DNA of 64,000 nucleotides, taken from positions 350 to 64,349 of the forward strand of contig JAZNJU010000006.1 in the NCBI GenBank assembly GCA_045578205.1, read 5' to 3'. Under the pieces are notes generated by a model. It was not told the origin of the DNA. It was given only the letters and a program-made list of their open reading frames with translations, and made no database searches. Source of the stretch: Clostridia bacterium. GTDB taxonomy: Bacteria > Bacillota > Clostridia > UMGS1810. This document shows, piece by piece, positions 54,099-64,000 of this stretch. Both the position numbers and the translations under genes were made by a program. Position 1 is the stretch's first letter; every line of letters starts with the position of its first letter.

Positions 54099-57000
54099 AT
54101 GTCAAATACAAAAAAACCAAACTTTTTGCGCCTTGCCGGAACAAAATCAAAGTATGGTCCGTATTTGCTTCCCGATGATAGTGTTTTGTGGGAGTTGCGC
54201 TCAGCAGATGGTAAATATTTTGGTGATGTCAGTTATGATGCTTATAAGGCTGTCGAGAATGGTACTCTTGACAGTTACACACCCAAAACCGACGAGGAAA
54301 GAAGAATAATAACGGAGTTTAGGCAACATCCGGGTATTGCATTGAAAATAGATGGGGCCAAGGCGCCTTGGAGAAGTGATTTTGGGAAAATAAGTTATGA
54401 CGGATATCACGCTTTATTAAGTGGCAAAGAGGGGGAATTTACACCATATACAGATTCAGAAAAAAAGGCAATAACAGATTTTAAAAATTATGTTGAGCGT
54501 CAAACCGGTCCCCGTTCTTCTGTTGTTATTAAAACGCCAAGTGGAACTGAGGATTATGTTACACGTGCTACTGCTAATGCTATTGCACGAGGTCCTTTGA
54601 TATCACCGAATTTACGTTCTTCTATTGGAGTTGACCGCGATTATGTGTCGAATTACTACTCACAAGCGAAAAAAATTGAAGATGAAGAAAAAGCAAAAGA
54701 ACGGCAGAAAAGGGTGGATAGTAATCCAACATACAAAAGATATGATATTGATCCTGCTGAATTCACTGAGAGTGATTTGGATGAATGGGCGAAAGAACAT
54801 AACTTTGAAAAAAAGTTTTTACCTTCTGACGCCGAAGCATCGTATGCCGGTAAATATGATTTAGGATATGTATATGTACCAAAACGTGAGGGTGGTTTTT
54901 GGGGAATTGGTAGCAAAAAACTAACTACAAAACAGGATGAAGAGGACCTTGATGTCTTATTTAAACTTGTAAATGATAGAATCAGGCAGGAAGGAATAGA
55001 TACAGATAAGTATGTGGCAGAACAAGCGTGGCTTACAACAAAGGGCATAGGCAGAAGTTTTCTCAATACTATAGATGATGCTTATATGCGAGAACAAGAA
55101 GAGTTTAGGCGAATGACATCTTCTATGAAAAATATAGATCCATATTTTGCTAGCGATAAAATTAAATACCATGATGAGCAAATCTCTACGACTACCAAGG
55201 CTATAAAAGACCGTACAACTAAACAGACAGTGGAGGGTTCGAAACTTGATACTAAATATTCACATTTATCCGAAGATACGCGAACTGTCGGGAAGGTAAT
55301 AGGTGGTTCGGTACAGGTCGTACCGTTGGTATTAACTTCAGCAATAAATCCCGCGTTGGGAACAGCAGTATTTGCTACACAAGTTTATGGAGGAAGTTTA
55401 GGGCAGGCGCTTGTGGAAGGCGCATCCATTAAAGATGCACGAACATATGCTGGTGCAGAAACTACAAAAGAGATATTGATAGAAAAGTTGTTCGGAGGAC
55501 TTCCTTTTACGAAAAGTGTTTCTAAAAAGTTTTTAAATCCTGTTGTAAATAAAATTTTCTCTAATCCATTTGCTAGGGAAATAGTTAAAAAAGGTGCCGA
55601 TATACTTGGTGAAGGATTTGAAGAGGCAGCATCTGAATTTATAAGCCCATATATAAAAAGGGCTATATATGACAAAAATGCTCCTAATGCAACCAAAGAA
55701 GAACTCGGGTTTGCGTTTTTCAGTGGTGTTGTTCCGTCAATGCTATTAAATGTTCCAGTGACTATAAATACTGTAAAAGCATATGGTGGGTTGGAAGAAA
55801 AAATAAACCAGTATAATAAGTGGATAGATGTTTTGCCGGAAACTGTGCGACCTGAATATCTTGATGTAAAAAAAACCACCATTGATGATTACAATAGTGC
55901 TGTAGACAATATGATAGTTGCGTCGTCAAAACATCATATTCAAGCAGAAAAAGAAGCAACAGAAGCGGCGGTGAAGTATTTTAATAGTGAGATAGAGAAA
56001 CTTCAAAAATTAAATTTAGACAATGCTGAAAATCAGGAACTTATAACTGGTTTCTCAAGGCATATTAATGCAAATAATGATTATGTCAATGACTTGGAAC
56101 ATCAGTTGAAAGAACTTGATTTAATCGAGCGCGGAAAAGATGATGGTACACTCATTCAAAAATACAAGAGTGAAAGTGTTGCATTAAAGGAATTGAATCC
56201 TACGCATATAGACATTGCGGTGGGTGCCAACAATGAAAAAGGGTTTGTGAACGTAACAAAGTTATCTGATAATACATATGCCGTCAAGACTGTTGATGGT
56301 AACACACTGTATAAATCCGATGTTCAATTTTCGGATAGATATGTTGAGTTAGAGGAAGCAAATATATCAAAAAAACATTTAGAAAAGTTTCTCGGTTCAG
56401 ACATAATAAAAACAGACGACGCAAAATCCTCTTCAACCATTGAGTCGAAGGAAGATGATATCGATGGCGTTTCGGAAGTAGAATTAAGTCTTCCACAAAA
56501 AGTTAATGAACAAGTTTTAAAAACTCTTCAAAGTAGTGACATCTCGAAAGGTGAAGCACGTATCCCGGTTGAAAACGTTATTAATCTTGTGAAATATCGA
56601 ACTGAAATCATTTCTGAAAAATATAGGTTAAAACCCGAAAATTTGTATGATGCTAATCTAGAAACTGTGTCAAGTAAAGACGGCATAATGATTACGGAAA
56701 ATGTCAAAATGCAATATGCCGATGCACTTGTACAGTCTATAAGACCGAACACAAATCTGTATTTGGAACTTACAGAAATTAGCGACGATGTAGGACAGTT
56801 CATATACGATACATACAAGCAAGGTGCAAAAGTTCAAATTTCCCCCAAAATTGACAATCTAATAAAAAGGTATGAGGACATATTGGGGGACGTGTCGAAA
56901 ACCGCTGTCGATATGCATCGAATTATATACGGAGATGTGTCAAATAATGTCGAGGGTGCAAATTCGACAAAATTTGTTTTGACAGGTGAAGGTACTGTAC

Positions 57001-60000
57001 CTAAAATGAGGGTAGAACCGAGCCAAAAGGACGTAGATGACGTTGTTTCTGCCATAAACGACACGCTTAAACAAAATTCGCTGCAAAGCCTTAGCGGTTA
57101 TATGAAAAAAGGCGGAAATATGTCGGATTTTGACGAACTTGGACGATTGTTAATAAATGGTTATTTGGAAAGCGGCAATATTGGAGATATCGGTAAATAC
57201 TTGCAAGATGGTGGACTAACAGTAATAAATGCCATAAAAAGAGTTGGAGGAAATGATTATGAATCTGAGAGAATTGCTCAAGGACGAGCCTTTCGTGACA
57301 CTTCCGATGTGGAACGGGCAGTTAGCGAGCGTGCCCAAGAACATAGCGAAGGAATTTCAAGAGAGACAGGAGATGCTCAAGGCCCAGTACCGGAAGGAAC
57401 AATCCGAAAACAGATAGATGATATAGTCTACAATGAGGTGCAAAGGGAATTCTATACAAAGGGTATGGTAGCTCTTGAAAATTTGAATAAAGATAAATAT
57501 AGTGTAGATACTATATACTTCTCCGGTACTGCGATTGACAGTGTCGGTACAAGATTAAACGGATTTTATTTCGAGGGTGTGCTTTATCTGCAAATCGATT
57601 CTGCTCATTCATTAAAGAGTATAAGGGATCATGAAGTAACACATCATTTCGGAAAAAGTAAAGCATATGAAAACTTCCGTAAGGCAGTTAAAGCCAAAAT
57701 GTCTGTTGAGAAATTCAATGAGTGGAAAGCTGAGGTTCGCCTTGCATACAGAGATTTGGTTACAGATTATCTTGCAAAAAAATTTAAAAAGTCCGGAAGG
57801 ACACTTACCAATGAGCAACTGCAGGAACTTATGGACAATTATCTCGAAGAAGAAATGATGGCCAATCTCAATGCGGAAACCGTTAATTTTGCAAAAGAGT
57901 ATGCAAAGGAAATTGCCGATTTCCGAAACGGAATTGAAATGACAACCGATAACTCTAACACGAAAGTTTCTTCTGAGAGTAAGGCAGAAAACAAACCTGG
58001 TGAGTATGTAAGGCAAATCGATGCAGGAGGAGATGTAAAGTATAGTTTCTCCGAAAGAGAAGAGGGAATGTTATACACCTTGGATGATCTAAAGGGGAAT
58101 GCCGGTATTCTTTATAATAACGGGAAAACCATAAGAATTCCCGATACAGATATGGGTGTTTTGCTTCACACATATAAAACGGAAGAACACTATTCTAACA
58201 GAACAGAAGGAATAATTGATTGCATATCTTGTTCGGGAAGAGGAGACACAAAACATTATTTCTATGTGTTTTATAAGGGAGAAGACGGTCGTGTAGCACC
58301 TATATTTAGACTTGATTATTCATATTTGAACAACTACATTGATGAAGTAAGAAAAATATCGGAAGAATTGGGGTATGACAGAAATGAATTTGTCAATGGA
58401 AATGAAAGAATTCGTGGTCAGTTTACTAAAGTTAAGAGTGTCGGAGGAAACGGTAGCTTTGATGCTGATGCTTCTACCAGAGGAAGAACAGAAACGGAAA
58501 CTAGCTCGCTATCTAACGACCTTCGAGGAAGAAGTAGTGGAGAAGTACGAGACCAATCCCAATATAGTGAACGAGATAGTTTTGGATTATCTGATGAACA
58601 ACATAAAAGGAACGGGGATAGGGATTCCAACGGAAGATTAAGCAAATTACCTGATAGTGAAAATGCATCGGATAAGGTTGATAATAGTGATGTTCCTCGC
58701 CGTAGCATAGTTGGTATAAAATCACTTACGGCAGACAAGGAAGCATACAATAAGGCTGTCGAAATGGATAAACAAGGCTATGACATTGAGGAACTATGGA
58801 AAGAAACCGGATGGTCTAAAGGCGTAGACGGGCATTTCAAGACCGAACTTGATGATAGTAAATATGAATTTACGATGCCCTCTACCGCAAAAGAAAATCT
58901 GTATGTAAAAGACTTCGTAAAGCATGACGAACTTTTTGCGGCATATCCACAAATAAAAGATATTCCTGTTTTATATGATGAAAATATGGATGACGATGGC
59001 GAAGCATCGTATTTGCCAAATATAGGAGAACATATAGCTGGTGTGGGTGACCTTGGTATTATACGCATAAATCCTCAAAAGAGTATATATGAATTGAAAA
59101 AAAGCATGCTTCATGAATTACAACATGTTATTCAATTTATAGAGGGATTTGAACAAGGTGCATCAGAAAGTTATTGGCGCCAAAGAATAAAAGAGGGTTA
59201 TGACATTGGTAATATCGATGACTATCTTCAGTTAAATGTTTCCCCGGCACATCAGCTATACGAAGATACCGCGGGAGAAAGAGAAGCTCGCGATGTAGTA
59301 GACAGAATGAATTTTACACTTGAACAAAGAAAAAATACTTTTCCTTATTCCATGGACGATTCTGAGGGAGTTGTTTTTGCAGATGGTTCATCTGTGGCGG
59401 CATTTAAAAAGGAAACAAAACAGAACGGTGTTATGTGGACTATACAGCAAGGCATACTTGACAAAAAAGAGGTTGCTGCGTTTTATTCAAAGGTGTCGGA
59501 ACTTAGGAATAATAAGTATCGTACATTTAGACAAAGCTCAGATGGTGACTATATCTTTTCTGTTGACAATAAGCTAATATATTCAGATGCAGATTATGAA
59601 TATCCGAAAATTAAGACAGTCATAACATTTGAGACAGATGATGAAAATTTGATCGATTATGCAAGGGAGTGTTTCTATGAAGGAGAAACTTACGGACGAA
59701 GGATTGAAGATACTAAAAAGATTGCTGAAATTATGCTCGGAGAAGGAACTATCAAGCGAGCAAATTATAATCCTAATGGAACCGATGAAAGAGTGTCAAA
59801 CTATAGCAGAGAAAGTGAAAGTGGCACAACGGCTGATAGCAGAAGTGGAGAAGATGTAAGGCGTTCCATTTCCACCGACACTCAAGATCGCATTGAGAAG
59901 ATAGCCAAAGAAGAAGTATTCCACGAAGAGCTTACAGAACTTGCGAGGAAGAACAAGCAGGAATTTATATCCCGTATTCGTCATAATGAGCAACTCCAAA

Positions 60001-63000
60001 AGAGACTTGATAATGCTCAAAGGCAGATGCGCCTTACAAAAGTGCCCTTGGCAGACAGGGCAAAGGTAGAAAAGTTCATAAAGAGCATTGTTACCAATAT
60101 GCATTCTGTAATAAATCCTAGGGATATTCACGCAGAAGTGCTGAGTATATACGACGAGTATATTGCTGCAGTTAAAAAAGCAGGCAATGTTCCTGAAAGT
60201 GTACAGAGTGCTACCGACAATATGGTTAAGCGGTTTACCGATGTGGCAGCAGATATTATTGATAATGCGCAGGATGTTGCAGTAGACGAGGATTTTGCAA
60301 GGCTCAAAGGGTGGTTAAAGAACACGGATATCAAATTTCCGGATGACGCAAAGGCGGAGGCACATTTTGCAGAATTCCGTAAAAAGCATTTTGGCTCAAT
60401 TAGTCTTACTAACGACGGACTGCCTATTGACATGGCATATAATGAGTTATGCGAAGTATTCCCATATATCTTCAACAAATCTGTTACTGCACCTGCAGAC
60501 CAGTTAAATGCTATTGCAGATGCTTTGCAGGCATTAAAGCCGGAAACATATAACCCGCATGCAGAATACATAGAGGATGCTATTGAGCATGTTGTCAGTC
60601 TCTTTGTATTGGAAGCAGATGGTATATCCGTAACCAAAGACACACGCGCAGACAGGCTTGTAAAAAAAGCAGAGAGCCAAAAAGCGACGGCCCTTGAAAA
60701 GCAAAAAGAAGCTTTCAAAAGACAGTATGATAGGCACAAAGAAAAATCGGATGAGCAGATAAATAAGCTTAAGGAACAGCTTAAGGCTCATAGCTATACT
60801 CAGTACTGGGAACGCAGATTATCTTCCGAAGAAAAATCCGCAGCAATCAAAACCGTACGCCAAAGACAAAAGATTTCTATGGCAAAGGCACATATCCGCA
60901 AAATGGTATCTGAACTAAAACACGGTCTTGATACCACAGAAAAAAGCGGTGGTATTCCCAAGGAGCTTGTCAAGGCAATAGCTGAGGTGTGTTCTGTAAT
61001 TGATTTCCATACCGACCGTACCACACCAGAGGGCGATGTAACAAAGGCAAGTCTTAAACTGGATGCTCTGCAGGTACAGTATGACAACCTTAAAAACAAT
61101 ACTGATTACGACATTCAGAGCGAGTGGCACGAGGAAATAAGCGAATACATAAGACAACTGAATGATACTGTGCGCAATAAATGCGTTGTTGACTTAAATC
61201 TTATGGAACTGTCTGCTTTGGAAGATATACTTGTGCAGATACGCCATACCATATCCAATGCCAAAAAACAGATTGGTATAGATTCTGCTTTGGAAAACAG
61301 AGAGATAGGCATGAAGATATGTGAAGACTTAAATGGCAAGGAGGATTTCATTGCTCCTACCAAAAAGATGCTTGTCAAAAGACTTGGCACAAATGTCTTT
61401 GCAGCAAACACTCTTAGTCCCATGCGTGTTGCGGAAATGATTTCCGGATATAACAGAGATGGAGAATTCTATAAGCTTTTCCGTCAGCTCAACGATGGCG
61501 TCCACAAAGGGGATATGTTTAAAATGGATGCCACAAAGCCATTTAATGTGCTTATGGAAGGCCCTGGAAACCAAGCGCTTATGTATGATTTCCTTATACA
61601 GTTGCACGATACAGGAATTAAAGATACAAAGGGAAATATTGTAATGTTATCCAAAAACATGATATGCGAGGTTATAATGCTCTGGGAGCGTAAGCAGGGA
61701 AGAGAGCACCTTGGGACTGGGGGCATGACAATCCCGAATATCAAGTTATTTAATACCGGCAAAACACAGGAAGCCTATACCGAGGGTGCTGTGAGGACCG
61801 TGGCAATTACAGAACGGGACATAACAAGACTTCGTTCAATGCTCGACTCTTATGACAAAGCCTGGATAGAAGAAGCAAGAATATTGTTTAACGAAAAATC
61901 ACAAAAGGCAATTAACGAGACTTCACTTCAGTTGGTCGGAAGAACAATTGCTAATGCGAAGAACTATATACCCATACATACTGACACGAAATTTGTACGC
62001 ACAGATATAGAAGGACTCAAGGTTGATGCAACTTTGGAAGGTGCAGGTTCTCTTAAAGCGGTGGTAGAAAACGCGAAGCAGCCTATACTTATAACAGGAA
62101 TATCCTATTCAACGAGTGAACACATAGATTTTGTGGCGAAATACCACGGACTTGCAATTCCCATAAGAAACTTCAACAAAGTTTACAATGTGACGTTTGC
62201 TGATGAAAACGATACCACGCAGAGCGTGAAGGACACAATCGGTCACAAGTGGGGTGCCAAGATACAAAAGGGAGTTATAGAACAGACATTAAAGGATTTG
62301 CAGACTACCAGAAACAGAGAGAGGGATGTATTCAACAAGGTAATGGGTACCATACAGAGTAATTGGGTAGGGGCTACTTTGAATTCTAATCCTTCTGTAG
62401 CACTTAAACAGCTTACATCTTATGTTACTGCAAGTTCTGTGCTCGGAAGTACGCCTCTTGTAAAGGCTCTGCCGTATTTTTCAAATACAAAAGCTACTGT
62501 AGAAGAGATAGATCGTTACACGGGGATACACTTTAAACGAAGATTGGGATATTCTACCCAGGAACTTGGAGACCGTGCAAACCGAAAAACAGGACAAGGA
62601 CTTGCAAATAAGGCTCGTAAGGCAATGAGCCAATCTCAAATAACAGCGTGGGTTAATCATCTTCCGAAGGGCTTTTTCCCGACTAACTGGATGCAGTCTG
62701 TAGATTGTAGGGTGGCAGCTGTTTTGTGGGAGGCTTCCAAGTATTATGTAAGCGACACTCTTGGTATTGCAAAGGAAAGTGAAAATTACTGGAAAGAGGT
62801 AACGCGGATTTATGAGTGCACCATAGAAGAGACACAGTCAAATTATGACATACTTCATAAACCGGAAGTGTTAAAGAGTACAAGCGAGATGACAAGGCTC
62901 ATATCAATGTTCCAAAATGATGCCCTACAGGGTTCGGGACTTTTGTGGACGGCGTTTAATGATTGGAATACAAAGCATCACAGCTACAAGTCGGACTCCA

Positions 63001-64000
63001 CCGCCGAAAACAAAAAAGACTTGGAAATGGCTCAAGAACGCTTCAAAAAAGTTGCTTTTGCACAGATTTCCTCCGCTCTTACTCTCGCAACACTAACACT
63101 TGTTGCAAGGGCGCTTCTCCGAAAAGTCAAGCCATATAAAGATGAGGAAAAGAACGAAGTTAATGCTGGCAGTATATCCAAGCAGGTGGGAATGGATACT
63201 CTTGAAAATCTTTTTACTAACGCTATTCCAGTGCTCGGTAATTTGCTTGTTTCAGCAAAAGATACATTCGTATACGGCTATGACTTTGCATCGGTACCCA
63301 CTTTTGACACTGTGCAGAATTTGATTGATTCGATATCCGGTGTGTACGATGTTATTGACAAGTGGGATATAACCGCAGGTGAAGATAAATGGAACAAGGT
63401 CCGCGGGGCTCTTAATGAACTTGCTATAAGTGCGGCAACCTCATTTGGTATACCAGCACAGAATGTAATTAATATGTTTAATGGCGTAAAAGGATATGTC
63501 GGAGATATTAAAGAGGGAGATTTCTTCCATGATATAAACGAGATTATTGCCACGAATCGCAGGGTGTTCTCTTATGCCGATCTTGCTTCGGCCGTTGCAA
63601 CAGGTGACCGTAAGAAAGAACAGAAAATTCTGGAGTACTACAAAAACATTGGTGTAGAGGTGCAAAAGAGTTCCCTTACGACACAACTTAAGCCTGCATA
63701 TGTTAAGTGTTTTGTAGATGAGCCGGAAAAGGCCTATGCTATCCGAAAATCGCTGGTCCTCAGGTACGATTATAGTGATGATGTGTTCGATGAATGGATT
63801 TATGATGATTATGTGAATGCGCTATTGTCAGATAAAGAAGAATATGCTGCAGAGTTGGAAAACGCCACAAAACACCATGGAATTTCCTTAAAGTACGAAG
63901 ATATCCGTTCATCTCTTGGTAAAGCCTACCGTGATGTATATGCAAACAATCCCGAAGAAGCAACGAAAGTTCGAAATTTACTGTCTAAAAAGTATTGCAA
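54099..64000 (+). CDS. Giant multi-domain protein (>3,300 aa, 3' end outside the window) with two HExxH zincin modules; polyvalent-protein-like
   Basis: Hand-translated from ATG 54099 to the window end with no stop, which is why it is absent from the ORF track. Gly-zipper/hydrophobic segment at approx. 55296-55430. HEVTH at 57630-57644. WKETGWSKGVDGHFKTEL...MLHELQHVIQFIEGF...GEREARD with HELQH at 59112-59126. Long coiled-coil stretches. Confidence 0.8.
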   Translation, partial: MSNTKKPNFLRLAGTKSKYGPYLLPDDSVLWELRSADGKYFGDVSYDAYKAVENGTLDSYTPKTDEERRIITEFRQHPGIALKIDGAKAPWRSDFGKISYDGYHALLSGKEGEFTPYTDSEKKAITDFKNYVERQTGPRSSVVIKTPSGTEDYVTRATANAIARGPLISPNLRSSIGVDRDYVSNYYSQAKKIEDEEKAKERQKRVDSNPTYKRYDIDPAEFTESDLDEWAKEHNFEKKFLPSDAEASYAGKYDLGYVYVPKREGGFWGIGSKKLTTKQDEEDLDVLFKLVNDRIRQEGIDTDKYVAEQAWLTTKGIGRSFLNTIDDAYMREQEEFRRMTSSMKNIDPYFASDKIKYHDEQISTTTKAIKDRTTKQTVEGSKLDTKYSHLSEDTRTVGKVIGGSVQVVPLVLTSAINPALGTAVFATQVYGGSLGQALVEGASIKDARTYAGAETTKEILIEKLFGGLPFTKSVSKKFLNPVVNKIFSNPFAREIVKKGADILGEGFEEAASEFISPYIKRAIYDKNAPNATKEELGFAFFSGVVPSMLLNVPVTINTVKAYGGLEEKINQYNKWIDVLPETVRPEYLDVKKTTIDDYNSAVDNMIVASSKHHIQAEKEATEAAVKYFNSEIEKLQKLNLDNAENQELITGFSRHINANNDYVNDLEHQLKELDLIERGKDDGTLIQKYKSESVALKELNPTHIDIAVGANNEKGFVNVTKLSDNTYAVKTVDGNTLYKSDVQFSDRYVELEEANISKKHLEKFLGSDIIKTDDAKSSSTIESKEDDIDGVSEVELSLPQKVNEQVLKTLQSSDISKGEARIPVENVINLVKYRTEIISEKYRLKPENLYDANLETVSSKDGIMITENVKMQYADALVQSIRPNTNLYLELTEISDDVGQFIYDTYKQGAKVQISPKIDNLIKRYEDILGDVSKTAVDMHRIIYGDVSNNVEGANSTKFVLTGEGTVPKMRVEPSQKDVDDVVSAINDTLKQNSLQSLSGYMKKGGNMSDFDELGRLLINGYLESGNIGDIGKYLQDGGLTVINAIKRVGGNDYESERIAQGRAFRDTSDVERAVSERAQEHSEGISRETGDAQGPVPEGTIRKQIDDIVYNEVQREFYTKGMVALENLNKDKYSVDTIYFSGTAIDSVGTRLNGFYFEGVLYLQIDSAHSLKSIRDHEVTHHFGKSKAYENFRKAVKAKMSVEKFNEWKAEVRLAYRDLVTDYLAKKFKKSGRTLTNEQLQELMDNYLEEEMMANLNAETVNFAKEYAKEIADFRNGIEMTTDNSNTKVSSESKAENKPGEYVRQIDAGGDVKYSFSEREEGMLYTLDDLKGNAGILYNNGKTIRIPDTDMGVLLHTYKTEEHYSNRTEGIIDCISCSGRGDTKHYFYVFYKGEDGRVAPIFRLDYSYLNNYIDEVRKISEELGYDRNEFVNGNERIRGQFTKVKSVGGNGSFDADASTRGRTETETSSLSNDLRGRSSGEVRDQSQYSERDSFGLSDEQHKRNGDRDSNGRLSKLPDSENASDKVDNSDVPRRSIVGIKSLTADKEAYNKAVEMDKQGYDIEELWKETGWSKGVDGHFKTELDDSKYEFTMPSTAKENLYVKDFVKHDELFAAYPQIKDIPVLYDENMDDDGEASYLPNIGEHIAGVGDLGIIRINPQKSIYELKKSMLHELQHVIQFIEGFEQGASESYWRQRIKEGYDIGNIDDYLQLNVSPAHQLYEDTAGEREARDVVDRMNFTLEQRKNTFPYSMDDSEGVVFADGSSVAAFKKETKQNGVMWTIQQGILDKKEVAAFYSKVSELRNNKYRTFRQSSDGDYIFSVDNKLIYSDADYEYPKIKTVITFETDDENLIDYARECFYEGETYGRRIEDTKKIAEIMLGEGTIKRANYNPNGTDERVSNYSRESESGTTADSRSGEDVRRSISTDTQDRIEKIAKEEVFHEELTELARKNKQEFISRIRHNEQLQKRLDNAQRQMRLTKVPLADRAKVEKFIKSIVTNMHSVINPRDIHAEVLSIYDEYIAAVKKAGNVPESVQSATDNMVKRFTDVAADIIDNAQDVAVDEDFARLKGWLKNTDIKFPDDAKAEAHFAEFRKKHFGSISLTNDGLPIDMAYNELCEVFPYIFNKSVTAPADQLNAIADALQALKPETYNPHAEYIEDAIEHVVSLFVLEADGISVTKDTRADRLVKKAESQKATALEKQKEAFKRQYDRHKEKSDEQINKLKEQLKAHSYTQYWERRLSSEEKSAAIKTVRQRQKISMAKAHIRKMVSELKHGLDTTEKSGGIPKELVKAIAEVCSVIDFHTDRTTPEGDVTKASLKLDALQVQYDNLKNNTDYDIQSEWHEEISEYIRQLNDTVRNKCVVDLNLMELSALEDILVQIRHTISNAKKQIGIDSALENREIGMKICEDLNGKEDFIAPTKKMLVKRLGTNVFAANTLSPMRVAEMISGYNRDGEFYKLFRQLNDGVHKGDMFKMDATKPFNVLMEGPGNQALMYDFLIQLHDTGIKDTKGNIVMLSKNMICEVIMLWERKQGREHLGTGGMTIPNIKLFNTGKTQEAYTEGAVRTVAITERDITRLRSMLDSYDKAWIEEARILFNEKSQKAINETSLQLVGRTIANAKNYIPIHTDTKFVRTDIEGLKVDATLEGAGSLKAVVENAKQPILITGISYSTSEHIDFVAKYHGLAIPIRNFNKVYNVTFADENDTTQSVKDTIGHKWGAKIQKGVIEQTLKDLQTTRNRERDVFNKVMGTIQSNWVGATLNSNPSVALKQLTSYVTASSVLGSTPLVKALPYFSNTKATVEEIDRYTGIHFKRRLGYSTQELGDRANRKTGQGLANKARKAMSQSQITAWVNHLPKGFFPTNWMQSVDCRVAAVLWEASKYYVSDTLGIAKESENYWKEVTRIYECTIEETQSNYDILHKPEVLKSTSEMTRLISMFQNDALQGSGLLWTAFNDWNTKHHSYKSDSTAENKKDLEMAQERFKKVAFAQISSALTLATLTLVARALLRKVKPYKDEEKNEVNAGSISKQVGMDTLENLFTNAIPVLGNLLVSAKDTFVYGYDFASVPTFDTVQNLIDSISGVYDVIDKWDITAGEDKWNKVRGALNELAISAATSFGIPAQNVINMFNGVKGYVGDIKEGDFFHDINEIIATNRRVFSYADLASAVATGDRKKEQKILEYYKNIGVEVQKSSLTTQLKPAYVKCFVDEPEKAYAIRKSLVLRYDYSDDVFDEWIYDDYVNALLSDKEEYAAELENATKHHGISLKYEDIRSSLGKAYRDVYANNPEEATKVRNLLSKKYC

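Larger units (their letters stand above)
12636..64000. mobile_element. Prophage integrated beside tRNA-Lys; left end near the tRNA 3' end, right end (attR) beyond the window
   Basis: An integrase sits immediately next to the tRNA. It is followed by a canonical lysogeny, replication, packaging, head, tail and lysis gene order, plus an extra operon running to the window edge. Confidence 0.85.

Noticed and set aside
1-64000. CRISPR arrays, rRNA genes, IS elements/transposases, toxin-antitoxin pairs, retron-type msr/msd
   Set aside because: I saw no regularly spaced direct repeats with unique spacers, no rRNA-like segments and no transposase-like ORFs. The only RT is flanked by TR/VR/Avd, so it is DGR-type and not a retron.

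Overview
Low-GC Firmicute (Clostridia-like) chromosome. Positions 1-12.6 kb hold ordinary housekeeping genes: a galE fragment, an ApgM-type phosphoglycerate mutase, a YtvI/AI-2E permease, an OmpR-type two-component system next to htrA, an AraC regulator, a polar amino-acid ABC transporter, secG and tmcAL, ending in a tRNA-Lys(CUU). From the tRNA 3' side to the window end (>51 kb) is a prophage whose right end lies outside the window. In order it carries: a tyrosine integrase; AT-rich membrane-protein morons; a CI/Cro switch; a RecT + YqaJ-exonuclease + SF2 helicase + DnaD-like replication module with iteron-like repeats; a 588-aa C5 DNA methyltransferase; a complete diversity-generating retroelement (DGR); small early genes (Lar-like protein, HNH, SSB); terminase, portal, scaffold and capsid genes; tail and receptor-binding proteins with BspA-type LRRs; and a holin plus CHAP endolysin. 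After a terminator comes a further operon: a CHAP hydrolase, a helical 482-aa protein, and an ORF of more than 3,300 codons that is open at the window end and has two HExxH zincin modules. The strongest finding is the DGR. It has two tandem paralogous target genes, each with a 61-nt VR, then Avd, a 61-nt TR and the RT. Every VR/TR mismatch falls on a TR adenine. The cassette sits in the early, anti-restriction neighbourhood rather than the tail module. Second is the giant polyvalent-protein-like ORF in a post-lysis operon, in a phage with no recognisable tape measure, tube or sheath. All functional calls come from reading the translated ORFs and motifs by eye; no database search was possible.
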